Shown here: positions 47,964 to 55,910 of the stretch, one piece after another
How the letters are laid out: every line of letters begins with the position of its first letter
How positions within the stretch are numbered: position 1 is the first letter of the stretch
Assembly (NCBI GenBank): GCA_043567175.1
Contig: CP121323.1
Location: 1,382,813-1,446,812, forward strand
Direction: 5' to 3'
Source of the DNA: Erythrobacter sp.
GTDB taxonomy: Bacteria > Pseudomonadota > Alphaproteobacteria > Sphingomonadales > Sphingomonadaceae
DNA: 64,000 nucleotides
The notes under the pieces: generated by a model
The model's input: only the letters and a program-made list of their open reading frames with translations
Databases searched by the model: none
Told to the model about the DNA's origin: nothing
Translations under genes and position numbers: made by a program

Positions 47964-48467
47964 ATGCGTGCGATCATCGTAAATGCGATAGCGGCGACGA
48001 GCCTTGTGGCTTTCACAGCCTGTGGCAGCGAGCCTTCCGCCCCGGCTGGCGAAAGCGCCGGCGCCGCAGATGCAGCCGGTCAAGCTGCGCAAGCCGCTCC
48101 CGAACCCGATCCGTCGCCTGCGGTCGAGGCGACGCCGGTCGCTTTTGCCGACCTGACGGGCGATGCGTCAAAGGGGGAAAAGGTCTTCATCAGGTGCAGC
48201 ACCTGTCACGTCCTGCAGGACGGGCAGAATCGCGTCGGCCCGCACCTTTACGGGGTCGTGGGACGCCCGGCAGGCAGCGTCGATGGGTTTAACTATTCCG
48301 CCGCGAACGCCGAGAGCGGCATCACCTGGACCCCTGAGATACTCTTCGACTATCTTGAGTCGCCGCAAACCTATCTCAAGGGTACCCGAATGGCTTTTCC
48401 GGGGATCAAGGACCCGCAGGAGCGGGCTGACCTGATCGCCTATCTGCAAGCCAATGGCGAGGTCTGA
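47964..48467 (+). CDS. cycA: Cytochrome c2-family protein with a lipoprotein signal and low-complexity linker
   Basis: CSTCH heme motif, GPHLYGVVGRPAG and axial Met in GTRMAFPG. Lipobox-like AFTAC. Confidence 0.9.
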   Translation: MRAIIVNAIAATSLVAFTACGSEPSAPAGESAGAADAAGQAAQAAPEPDPSPAVEATPVAFADLTGDASKGEKVFIRCSTCHVLQDGQNRVGPHLYGVVGRPAGSVDGFNYSAANAESGITWTPEILFDYLESPQTYLKGTRMAFPGIKDPQERADLIAYLQANGEV

Positions 48468-48554
48468 TGGGCGGCACCGTTTTCACGGGCGGGGCATCTG
48501 CGCACAGGCCTCACCTCGGCGCAAGCGTCATTTGAGCACCGGAAAAACGGCCTG

Positions 48555-48569
48555 ACACACACACACACA
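48555..48569 (+). repeat. (AC)7 microsatellite
   Basis: ACACACACACACACA. Confidence 0.9.
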
Positions 48570-48612
48570 AGAAAAAGGGCGGCGTGGCATCCCACACCGC
48601 CCCTTCTTTTTT
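48569..48612. terminator. Bidirectional terminator between convergent cycA and pseudoazurin genes
   Basis: An A-rich run, then a GGGCGGCGTGG/CCACACCGCCC stem, then a T-rich run. Confidence 0.8.
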
Positions 48613-48628
48613 CCGGTGGAAACGCGGC

Positions 48629-49207
48629 TTAGAGGCCGGCTTCTTCGAAGATTTCGCCGAACACGCGGCCCGCGAGGCCCGGGTGGCTCACGGCCTTCGC
48701 CGCTTCGACGTTATCACCGCCTTCAACGACGACCAGGCCGACCATGCCGGCAGCATAGTGCGGAACGCACTTGTAGCCGTAAACGCCCGCCTTCGGCACC
48801 ACATAGGTGACGCCCTGATTGATCTTGCCTTCCCAACCTTCGACGCCTTCAGGCAGCATCCCCGGGATCGACGAGGACTGGTGCGTCGGGTCGGTGGGAA
48901 CGAATTCGATCGTGTCGCCAACATTGGCGGTCACAAGGCGCGGCTTGAAGACCTGCAGCTTGCTCGAATCATCCGGATCCTTGGTATACATCTCGATTTC
49001 GATGACCGTGCCGTTGGCGTCGACCGACGGAGCCGGCTCGGCAGCCTCTTCGGCTGGCGCTTCTTCAGCCATCGGCTCTTCAGCCGGGGCCGCCGCTTCT
49101 TCGGTGGTGGCTTCGGCTTCTTCAGCCGGAGCGGCACCGCCGCCGCATGCGGTCAAAGTGGCAAGGCTGGCAAAAGCAGCTGCGCCCAGAATTACATTAC
49201 GCTTCAT
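48629..49207 (-). CDS. Pseudoazurin-like blue copper lipoprotein
   Basis: Lipobox LTAC and an A/E/P linker. VFKP..V.A.VGDTIEFVPTD..H, with the type-1 Cu loop YKCVPHYAAGM. Confidence 0.88.
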   Translation of the reverse strand: MKRNVILGAAAFASLATLTACGGGAAPAEEAEATTEEAAAPAEEPMAEEAPAEEAAEPAPSVDANGTVIEIEMYTKDPDDSSKLQVFKPRLVTANVGDTIEFVPTDPTHQSSSIPGMLPEGVEGWEGKINQGVTYVVPKAGVYGYKCVPHYAAGMVGLVVVEGGDNVEAAKAVSHPGLAGRVFGEIFEEAGL

Positions 49208-49461
49208 GTGTATCTTCCCTCTGAAAACTTACATCCTCCCGTAGGGCACAAGGCCATAGACCAGATGGATTGCGATGAAAAGCTTCCATCAGTTCACTGT
49301 CTCCATCGAGTTTCCGGCCCGGAATGCCCGCCGGGATGCACTCTCTGTTCAAAATCCTGCGCACGGCAAGAGTTCCCGGACAATTCCTGAAATGGGGCCC
49401 TGCCCGGACGAAGTATCCCACACAGTTGCGCTTGCGGGGCTGCACGCTATGAACGCGCATC

Positions 49462-50256
49462 ATGAATAACAAAGCACCCTGGCACGCCCGCCTCGCCCGC
49501 ATTCTTGCGATCATCCTGCCCCTCTTTCTGCTGGTCGCTGCACTGGGCACCAAATTCGGCCTGTGGGGCTGGCAAGTGGGACTGAGCGCCTTCGGCCTTG
49601 GCGGGCTGGTCCTGATCGGTCTGACCGCCGTGATCGCGCTTGTCTCGATTGTGCTGATCCTGCGCTCGGGCAGCCGGCTGGGGCTTGTCTCGTCGGCATT
49701 CGCACTTGTTGTCGCGCTCGGCTTTACCGGGCTGTTCGCGCCGGTCATGCTGGGCGCGGGCAACCACCCGATCCACGACATGGCGACCGACACCGCGAAC
49801 CCGCCCGCCTTTTCGCCGGAAATCCTCGCGATGCGCGCCGAAGCCGGCGCCAACCCTCTCAACGCCTACGATATGCCGCTGGGCGAGACCGAGCAGTTTG
49901 CCGGGACCGAGCCGCCGCTCTCGGGCATGACCACGGCGGATATCATCGCCGAGAAATATCCCGAGCTCGAACCGCTCGAAATCGGGGAAACGGGCGAGAA
50001 CGAAGCGGTCAACGCGATCCAGCTGGCAATGGCAGACATGGGCTTCACCAATATCCGCTACAATCCTGAGGCCGGCACGGTCGAAGGCGTCGCGGAGACC
50101 TTCTGGTTCGGCTTCAAGGATGATGTGGTCGCGCGCGTTTCCGAAGGTTGGGTCGATTTCCGCTCGGTAAGCCGGGTGGGGCAGAGTGACCTGGGCGCCA
50201 ACGCGAAGCGGATCGTGGAACTGCGCGAGCGCACCGCCGGGAAACTGGGCCTTTAG
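49462..50256 (+). CDS. DUF1499-like membrane protein
   Basis: N-terminal TM segments, then PIHDMATD...PP.F and FWFGFKDDVVARV...DFRSVSRVG.SDLGANAKRI. Confidence 0.82.
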   Translation: MNNKAPWHARLARILAIILPLFLLVAALGTKFGLWGWQVGLSAFGLGGLVLIGLTAVIALVSIVLILRSGSRLGLVSSAFALVVALGFTGLFAPVMLGAGNHPIHDMATDTANPPAFSPEILAMRAEAGANPLNAYDMPLGETEQFAGTEPPLSGMTTADIIAEKYPELEPLEIGETGENEAVNAIQLAMADMGFTNIRYNPEAGTVEGVAETFWFGFKDDVVARVSEGWVDFRSVSRVGQSDLGANAKRIVELRERTAGKLGL

Positions 50257-50259
50257 AGC

Positions 50260-50865
50260 TCAATTGCGAAAGGTGCTCGCCGCAAGCGCGCTGCGCTGGA
50301 CCACGGTCAGCGAGCACAGCGCCGCATAACCATAGGCGATGGGCACGAACCAGCCGGAAAACAGGCACATGGCGACGAAGACCGCGATAGTCTCTGTCCC
50401 TTCGGCCAACCCTGTCGAGTAAAAGAAACTCTTCCTTCCGTGCGCCTCGCTGGCCGCCCCGCGTTCGGCGGCGATGACGGCAAAGGCGAGGAAGCTCACG
50501 CCTGTCAGCACGAAGCTCGCAACTAGCACCAGCGCGGCCAGAGTGTTGGCCGGGTCCAGCAATCCGAAAGCAAGCGGGATAGAGACGTAGAAGGCGAAAT
50601 CGGCGACAATGTCGAAATATCCGCCCAGCGGCGTTGGCCCGCGCACCCGGGCAACTGCGCCGTCCAACCCGTCGAGCACGCGATTGGCGAGGATCAGGCC
50701 CAGCCCGGCGGCTAGGTTCCCTTGCGCAATCGCGACTGCCCCGCCCAGCCCCAGCGCAAGCCCGGTGAAGGTCAGCGCGTTGGCAGTCACACCGAGCCTC
50801 GCCAGCATGTTCCCGATTGCATTCAAGGGAGGATCGATCAGCGGGCGCAGCTTTACATCCAGCAT
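50260..50865 (-). CDS. CDP-alcohol phosphatidyltransferase family protein (YnjF-like)
   Basis: Signature DGLDGAVAR...GGYFDIVAD and GLAEGTET. Confidence 0.9.
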   Translation of the reverse strand: MLDVKLRPLIDPPLNAIGNMLARLGVTANALTFTGLALGLGGAVAIAQGNLAAGLGLILANRVLDGLDGAVARVRGPTPLGGYFDIVADFAFYVSIPLAFGLLDPANTLAALVLVASFVLTGVSFLAFAVIAAERGAASEAHGRKSFFYSTGLAEGTETIAVFVAMCLFSGWFVPIAYGYAALCSLTVVQRSALAASTFRN

Positions 50866-50869
50866 GGCG

Positions 50870-52153
50870 TTACGCGGCGCCTGTGAAGGTCACGAGCCCG
50901 ATCCAGGCCCCCGTCATCGCGGTGGCGATATTGCCCGCGATCCAGCTCTTCATGCCCAGCCCCGCAGCCTCAGCGCGGCGCTCGGGGCAAAGGGTCCCGA
51001 TGGTCGAGACAAGCAGGCCGACGCTGGCAAGGTTGGCAACCCCGCACAAGGCGTAGGTCACGATCAGCAGGCTGCGCTCGCCCAGTGCACCTGCGGGCAG
51101 GGCAGCCAGTTCGAGATAGGCGACATATTCGTTGAGGATCGCCTTTGTACCCATCAGTCCGCCGGCGGTTGCCGCCTCGGCCCATGGCACGCCGATCAGC
51201 CACATCAGCGGGGCGAACGCCCAGCCGAACACGCGTTTCAGGGTGAGAGGCTCGTCACCGACCAGCGGCAACAGGCTCAACGCCTCATCGGCCAGCGCCA
51301 CCAACGCAAAGACGACGATGATGATCGCGATCACGGCGAGGAACAGCTGCATACCGTCCATCGTGCCCTTAACGATCGCATCGATGCTGGATTCGTATTT
51401 GAGGCCCGCTTCGCTATCCTCGGCCGCGGTGGCTTCGTCACCCGGCGCACCGGGGACCATGAGCTTTGCGATCAGGAGCGCAGCCGGCAGCGAGACAAGC
51501 GAGGCGGCAATCATGTGGCCCACCGCATTGTCAACGCTCTCACGCAAGGTGGTCGCGTATAGAATCAGGATCGCGCCCGAGATCGTCGCCATTGCCAGCA
51601 CCATGATCTGAAAGAGCTCCGCGCGGCTTACGCGGGCGAAATAGGCGCGCACGGCAAGCGGGCTTTCGACCACGCCGAGAAACATGTTCGCCCCTCCCGC
51701 AAGGCCAACGACCCCGCTCACTCCAAGCGTGCGGCGCAGCAGAAAGGACAGGCCATTCACCGCCACCCTAAGCGCGCCCCAGTGCCACAGCACCGCCGCC
51801 AGCGCGGAGAAGACGATGACGAGCGGAAGGATCTGGAAGGCGATGATTAGCGGGGGCTCTGCGCCCTCTTTCAGTTCGAAGGGCAACGGCGCGCCGCCCA
51901 GATAGCCGAACATGTAGGACGACCCTTCGAGGGTCGCGCGCTCGATCGCAGAAACGCCGCGGTTGAGATATTCCATCGCCGCCCAGACAAAGGGCACGCG
52001 GATGATGAGCAACGCCAGCGCTGCCTGCAAGGCCAGCGCGCCTGCGATCCATTTGAGCGAGGGGCGCCCGCGCCGGTTCTCGCTCAGCCCCCATGCGAGC
52101 GCGACGAGCACGCAGATCCCGGCAAGCGGGCGTATTTGGTCAAACCAGTCCAT
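50870..52153 (-). CDS. Concentrative nucleoside transporter (CNT/NupC family)
   Basis: FQILPLVIVFSAL, NMFLGVVESPL, MATISG, GTKAILNEYVAY and ALCGVANLASVG. Confidence 0.9.
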   Translation of the reverse strand: MDWFDQIRPLAGICVLVALAWGLSENRRGRPSLKWIAGALALQAALALLIIRVPFVWAAMEYLNRGVSAIERATLEGSSYMFGYLGGAPLPFELKEGAEPPLIIAFQILPLVIVFSALAAVLWHWGALRVAVNGLSFLLRRTLGVSGVVGLAGGANMFLGVVESPLAVRAYFARVSRAELFQIMVLAMATISGAILILYATTLRESVDNAVGHMIAASLVSLPAALLIAKLMVPGAPGDEATAAEDSEAGLKYESSIDAIVKGTMDGMQLFLAVIAIIIVVFALVALADEALSLLPLVGDEPLTLKRVFGWAFAPLMWLIGVPWAEAATAGGLMGTKAILNEYVAYLELAALPAGALGERSLLIVTYALCGVANLASVGLLVSTIGTLCPERRAEAAGLGMKSWIAGNIATAMTGAWIGLVTFTGAA

Positions 52154-52187
52154 GGCCTCTTGCGCTCTAGGTCAGCCTGGCCCGCGG

Positions 52188-54323
52188 TTAAAGCCGCCAG
52201 TTGAAGTAGCGCTGGGCGATGGCGAGTGCCCATTCGGGCTTGTGCGCCTTCTTCCAGTTGCCAGCGGCGAACTTGTTGGCCTCGGCCATGGTCGGGTAGG
52301 AATGGATCGTGCCGAGGATCTTGTCGAGGCCAATCTTGTGCTTCATCGCCAGCACATATTCGGCCAGCAACTCGCCAGCATGGGCAGCAACGATAGTGAC
52401 GCCAAGGATCGTGTCCTTGCCAGGCGGGGTGAGCACCTTGACGAAACCTGTGGTTTCGCTCTCGGTGATCGCGCGGTCAAGATCGTCGATATCGTAGCGG
52501 GTAACCTCGTATTCGATGCCCTGCTCCCTCGCTTCGGCTTCGTTGAGGCCGACCCGAGCGACTTCGGGATCGAGGAATGTCACGGCGGGGATCACGCGGT
52601 AATCCGCCTCAAAACGCTTGAACTGGCCGAACAGAGCGTTGACGCTGGCGAACCAGGCTTCGTGGCTGGCGACATGGGTGAACTGATAGGGGCCAATCGC
52701 ATCGCCTGCGGCGTAGATATTGGGGTATCTGGTGGCGAGAAAGGTGTCTGTGCTCAGCGTGCCCTCGGTCTCGATGCCGAGCTCTTCGAGGCCAAAGCCG
52801 GTGAGCCGCGCTCTGCGTCCGACTGCGATGATGAGGGCGTCGAAAGGGATGCGTTTTTCATCATCCTCGCCCTGCGCGATGAGCACCTTGTCCTCCACCC
52901 GCACCGCACGGTGGCCGGTGAGCAAATTTACCCCTGCGCCTTCGAGCACGCGCTGCGCCAGTTCGGAGACGTCCTCGTCCTCGCGCCCGAGCACGCGTTC
53001 CCCCATCTCGACCTGAGTGACTTTCGAGCCGAGCCGTCCAAGTGCCTGGGAAATCTCGCATCCGATCGGTCCGCCGCCCAGCACCGCGACGCGCTCAGGC
53101 GGGCGTTCGAAAGTGCCGAGCCCCTCCCACATGGTCTCGCTGGTGAGATAGCCTGAGCCTTCGATGCCATCGATCGGAGGCACTACTGGCCGCGCTCCGG
53201 TGGCGATCACGATGCTGCGTGCGGTAAGGCGCTGCGTGCCGCCATCATTGAGCGCGATCTCGACCGTCCAGGGATCGACCAGCTTCGCATAGCCCTTGAT
53301 CACGTCGACGCCGAGGCCGGTATAGCGCTCGACGCTGTCGGCCGGTTCGATCGTCTTGATGATATCCATGACGCGCGCGATCGTCTGTTTGAAAGGCACT
53401 TCGGGTTCGTGCGGCGTGATGCCGTAACGGTCGGCGTGGCGCATGGTGTCGGCGACCTTGGCGCTCTTGATCAACGCCTTGGAGGGCACGCACCCGGTGT
53501 TGAGGCAATCGCCGCCCATGTCGCCCGCCTCGATCAGCGTCACCTTGGCCTTCACCTGCGCGGCGATATAGGCAGAGACCAGCCCGGCAGAGCCCGCGCC
53601 GATGACGATCAGGTTGCGATCAAAGCTCTTTGGCTTTGAATAGACTGCATAAACCTTGCGCCGCTTGATGATGGCGATGATCCCCTTGGCGATCCAGGGC
53701 ACGATGGCGAGGAAGACGAAGGAACCGAGCAGGGTCGGGGAAAGCAGGCCCGACGTGTCCTCGATCTGCGCCAGCTGGGTGCCCGCATTGACATAGGCGA
53801 TGGTGCCCAGCAGCATTCCCGCCTGGCTCACCCAGATGAAGGTCAGTGTGCGAATCCGCGTCAGTCCCATGACGAGGTTGACGACGAAGAACGGAAAGAG
53901 CGGGATCATCCGGATCGTGAAGAGGTAGAAGGCTCCGTCGCGTTCCAGCCCCGAATTGATCGCCTTCAGCCTCTCGCCAAAGCGCGTCTCGACCAGATCG
54001 CGCAGCAGGTAGCGCGACGACAGGAAGGCAAGCGTGGCGCCGATCGTCGAGGCGAGGGAAACCACGATCGTGCCGGTGACAAGACCGAACAGCGCACCAG
54101 CGCCAAGCGTCATGATCCCTGCCCCCGGGATCGAGGCCGCCGTGGCTGCGACGTAGATCACGGAGAACCCCGCAATAACCTGCACCGGATTATCGGCGTA
54201 ATAGCCCCGGGCGCTCTCGACGGCCTGCTTGAGCCCGCCAAGCGTCAGATACTGGCCCAGGTCGAACACGAAATAAGCCGCGATCAGGGCAGCAAGGCCT
54301 GCGATGATGATGAACTTCTTCAT
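52188..54323 (-). CDS. Fusion of a DedA/VTT (TVP38-like) membrane domain and a pyridine nucleotide-disulfide oxidoreductase
   Basis: N-terminal SIPGAG.MTLGAGALFG and RMIPLFPFFVVN. C-terminal GAGSAG, redox disulfide GGDCLNTGCVPSK, GGGPIGCE and HSYPTMAE. Confidence 0.9.
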   Translation of the reverse strand: MKKFIIIAGLAALIAAYFVFDLGQYLTLGGLKQAVESARGYYADNPVQVIAGFSVIYVAATAASIPGAGIMTLGAGALFGLVTGTIVVSLASTIGATLAFLSSRYLLRDLVETRFGERLKAINSGLERDGAFYLFTIRMIPLFPFFVVNLVMGLTRIRTLTFIWVSQAGMLLGTIAYVNAGTQLAQIEDTSGLLSPTLLGSFVFLAIVPWIAKGIIAIIKRRKVYAVYSKPKSFDRNLIVIGAGSAGLVSAYIAAQVKAKVTLIEAGDMGGDCLNTGCVPSKALIKSAKVADTMRHADRYGITPHEPEVPFKQTIARVMDIIKTIEPADSVERYTGLGVDVIKGYAKLVDPWTVEIALNDGGTQRLTARSIVIATGARPVVPPIDGIEGSGYLTSETMWEGLGTFERPPERVAVLGGGPIGCEISQALGRLGSKVTQVEMGERVLGREDEDVSELAQRVLEGAGVNLLTGHRAVRVEDKVLIAQGEDDEKRIPFDALIIAVGRRARLTGFGLEELGIETEGTLSTDTFLATRYPNIYAAGDAIGPYQFTHVASHEAWFASVNALFGQFKRFEADYRVIPAVTFLDPEVARVGLNEAEAREQGIEYEVTRYDIDDLDRAITESETTGFVKVLTPPGKDTILGVTIVAAHAGELLAEYVLAMKHKIGLDKILGTIHSYPTMAEANKFAAGNWKKAHKPEWALAIAQRYFNWRL

Positions 54324-54390
54324 GATGCCCCTTTTGAGCGCGGCCCGGATAGGCCCGCCTGATCCCCATTCGAGCCTGGACGCGTCAAGG

Positions 54391-55512
54391 TTACGCGCGA
54401 CTGGCTGATGTGGCGCTGAGCCTGGCGTAGTTGGCGATCCAGCGTTTGTCGATCCATGCCTTGAGCATCGCCACCCAACGCCGTTGCGCGCTGAAGGGGC
54501 CGTAGCTGGCAATCGCTTCGCCATTGCCGGTCGAGAGCAGATAGAGGCTTGCCGCGCGCGGAGTGTAGCTGCGCGTCGGCTCACCGCCTGAAAGGACCGC
54601 GCGCAGATTGGCCGCGATGACCGGGCCGGCATGCACCGCATGGACGCCCGAATGCGGGACGTGGCGATCCATTCGCTGCGCACAATCGCCTGCGGCAAAG
54701 ATATGCTGGTGCGAGGTCGAGCGCTGGTAGCGATCCACCGCGATGAACCCGGCAACGTCTACCGCCAGCCCGCCCGCGCCCGGCCAGTCCGGCGCGCCCG
54801 AGCCGATGGCTGCCACGATTTGATCAGCCACGACCTCGACTTCGCCCGCCATCAACACGCTTCGCTCGATCCACGCATCGACCTCGAAAAGAGAAATGCC
54901 CTGCCGCGCGATCTCGCGCTCGACCTTGCGGCGAACGCAGGATGAGAAATCGGGAAGCAGCCCGGCCTCGCCCACGATCAACGACACTTCGGGCTGCCGG
55001 CCGCCGCGCGCGCGATTACGAAGGGCGAAAGCAAGCTCGACCCCGCCTGCGCCGCCGCCCACCACGGCGAACTGGCCCGCTTCGCATACCTCGGCACTCA
55101 GTCGGTCGACAAAACGGTTGATCGGCCGCACATCGCACAGCCTGGGATCGTCTCCGATGATCTCGGCAGCCCGACCCACACCGCCTACGTCGATACTGGC
55201 GACCGAAAACGGGATCACCCCGTTCTCGAGCGTGAGGACATGACGGCTCACCGGATCGATCGACACGCTTCGATCCAGCACCAGTTCGACCCCCGCGGCG
55301 CTCGCCAGTCCGGCCAGATCGACGAGGCCGTCTTCGCGCCTGTGCTCGCCGGAAATCCAGCCCGGCACCATGCCCGAATAGCGCAAGGTCGGCTCGGGCG
55401 TCAGCAACAGCGCGCGCGGCGCGGGGCGTCCTTGCCTGGCCCAGTCGGCCAGCACTGCCACGTGGCTGTGCCCCCCTCCAATCAGGGCGATATCGAAAGC
55501 GTCTGCGCTCAC
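54391..55512 (-). CDS. Stand-alone FAD-dependent oxidoreductase resembling the domain found N-terminal to some SelD proteins
   Basis: LIGGGHSHVAVL, YSGMVPG, GGGAGGVELA, IFAAGDCA and GVHAV. No SelD domain follows. Confidence 0.8.
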   Translation of the reverse strand: MSADAFDIALIGGGHSHVAVLADWARQGRPAPRALLLTPEPTLRYSGMVPGWISGEHRREDGLVDLAGLASAAGVELVLDRSVSIDPVSRHVLTLENGVIPFSVASIDVGGVGRAAEIIGDDPRLCDVRPINRFVDRLSAEVCEAGQFAVVGGGAGGVELAFALRNRARGGRQPEVSLIVGEAGLLPDFSSCVRRKVEREIARQGISLFEVDAWIERSVLMAGEVEVVADQIVAAIGSGAPDWPGAGGLAVDVAGFIAVDRYQRSTSHQHIFAAGDCAQRMDRHVPHSGVHAVHAGPVIAANLRAVLSGGEPTRSYTPRAASLYLLSTGNGEAIASYGPFSAQRRWVAMLKAWIDKRWIANYARLSATSASRA

Positions 55513-55776
55513 TTGCGACGTGTCCCCCAGGGAAGCGGTGCCCGGAGGGGCAAGTTGATGGAAAGAGAGGCGTGTCTGGTCAAGAACAGGTCCAATCAAG
55601 CGCTTGCGGCGTAGTAAGATGAGGTTATTTGCCCCTGCGCGTTCACCCGGCGCGTTCAAGTGAAAGTCAGGTTTGGAAGGCTAGGTTCCCTCTTGCGTCA
55701 AAGCGAGCCGGGCTCCGGCGAAGCTTTCGAGGCCCCTATCACCCCTTAATCGCTTGCACAGTTTGCATGAAACGCT

Positions 55777-55801
55777 GGAACTTTGCATATATGATCGCGT
55801 T
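55777..55801 (+). promoter_or_regulatory. EcfG/SigT-type general stress promoter motif
   Basis: GGAAC-N16-CGTT, about 110 bp upstream of the ABC gene start. Confidence 0.55.
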
Positions 55802-55910
55802 GTTTTTACAGGATGGTAGGTGTGCGTCGGCTAGGGATCAGCGGACCTTCACAAATCCCCTTACCCCGCGTTCGAGGCGCCGCTTTGCGCCGAATGGATC
55901 ATAACAGGCC

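Noticed and set aside
49240-49445. Possible cobalamin riboswitch upstream of the pseudoazurin gene (CCCCGCAAGCGCAACTGT on the minus strand)
   Set aside because: Only a partial, interrupted B12-box resemblance, with the other conserved elements not found. An Infernal/Rfam scan would settle it.
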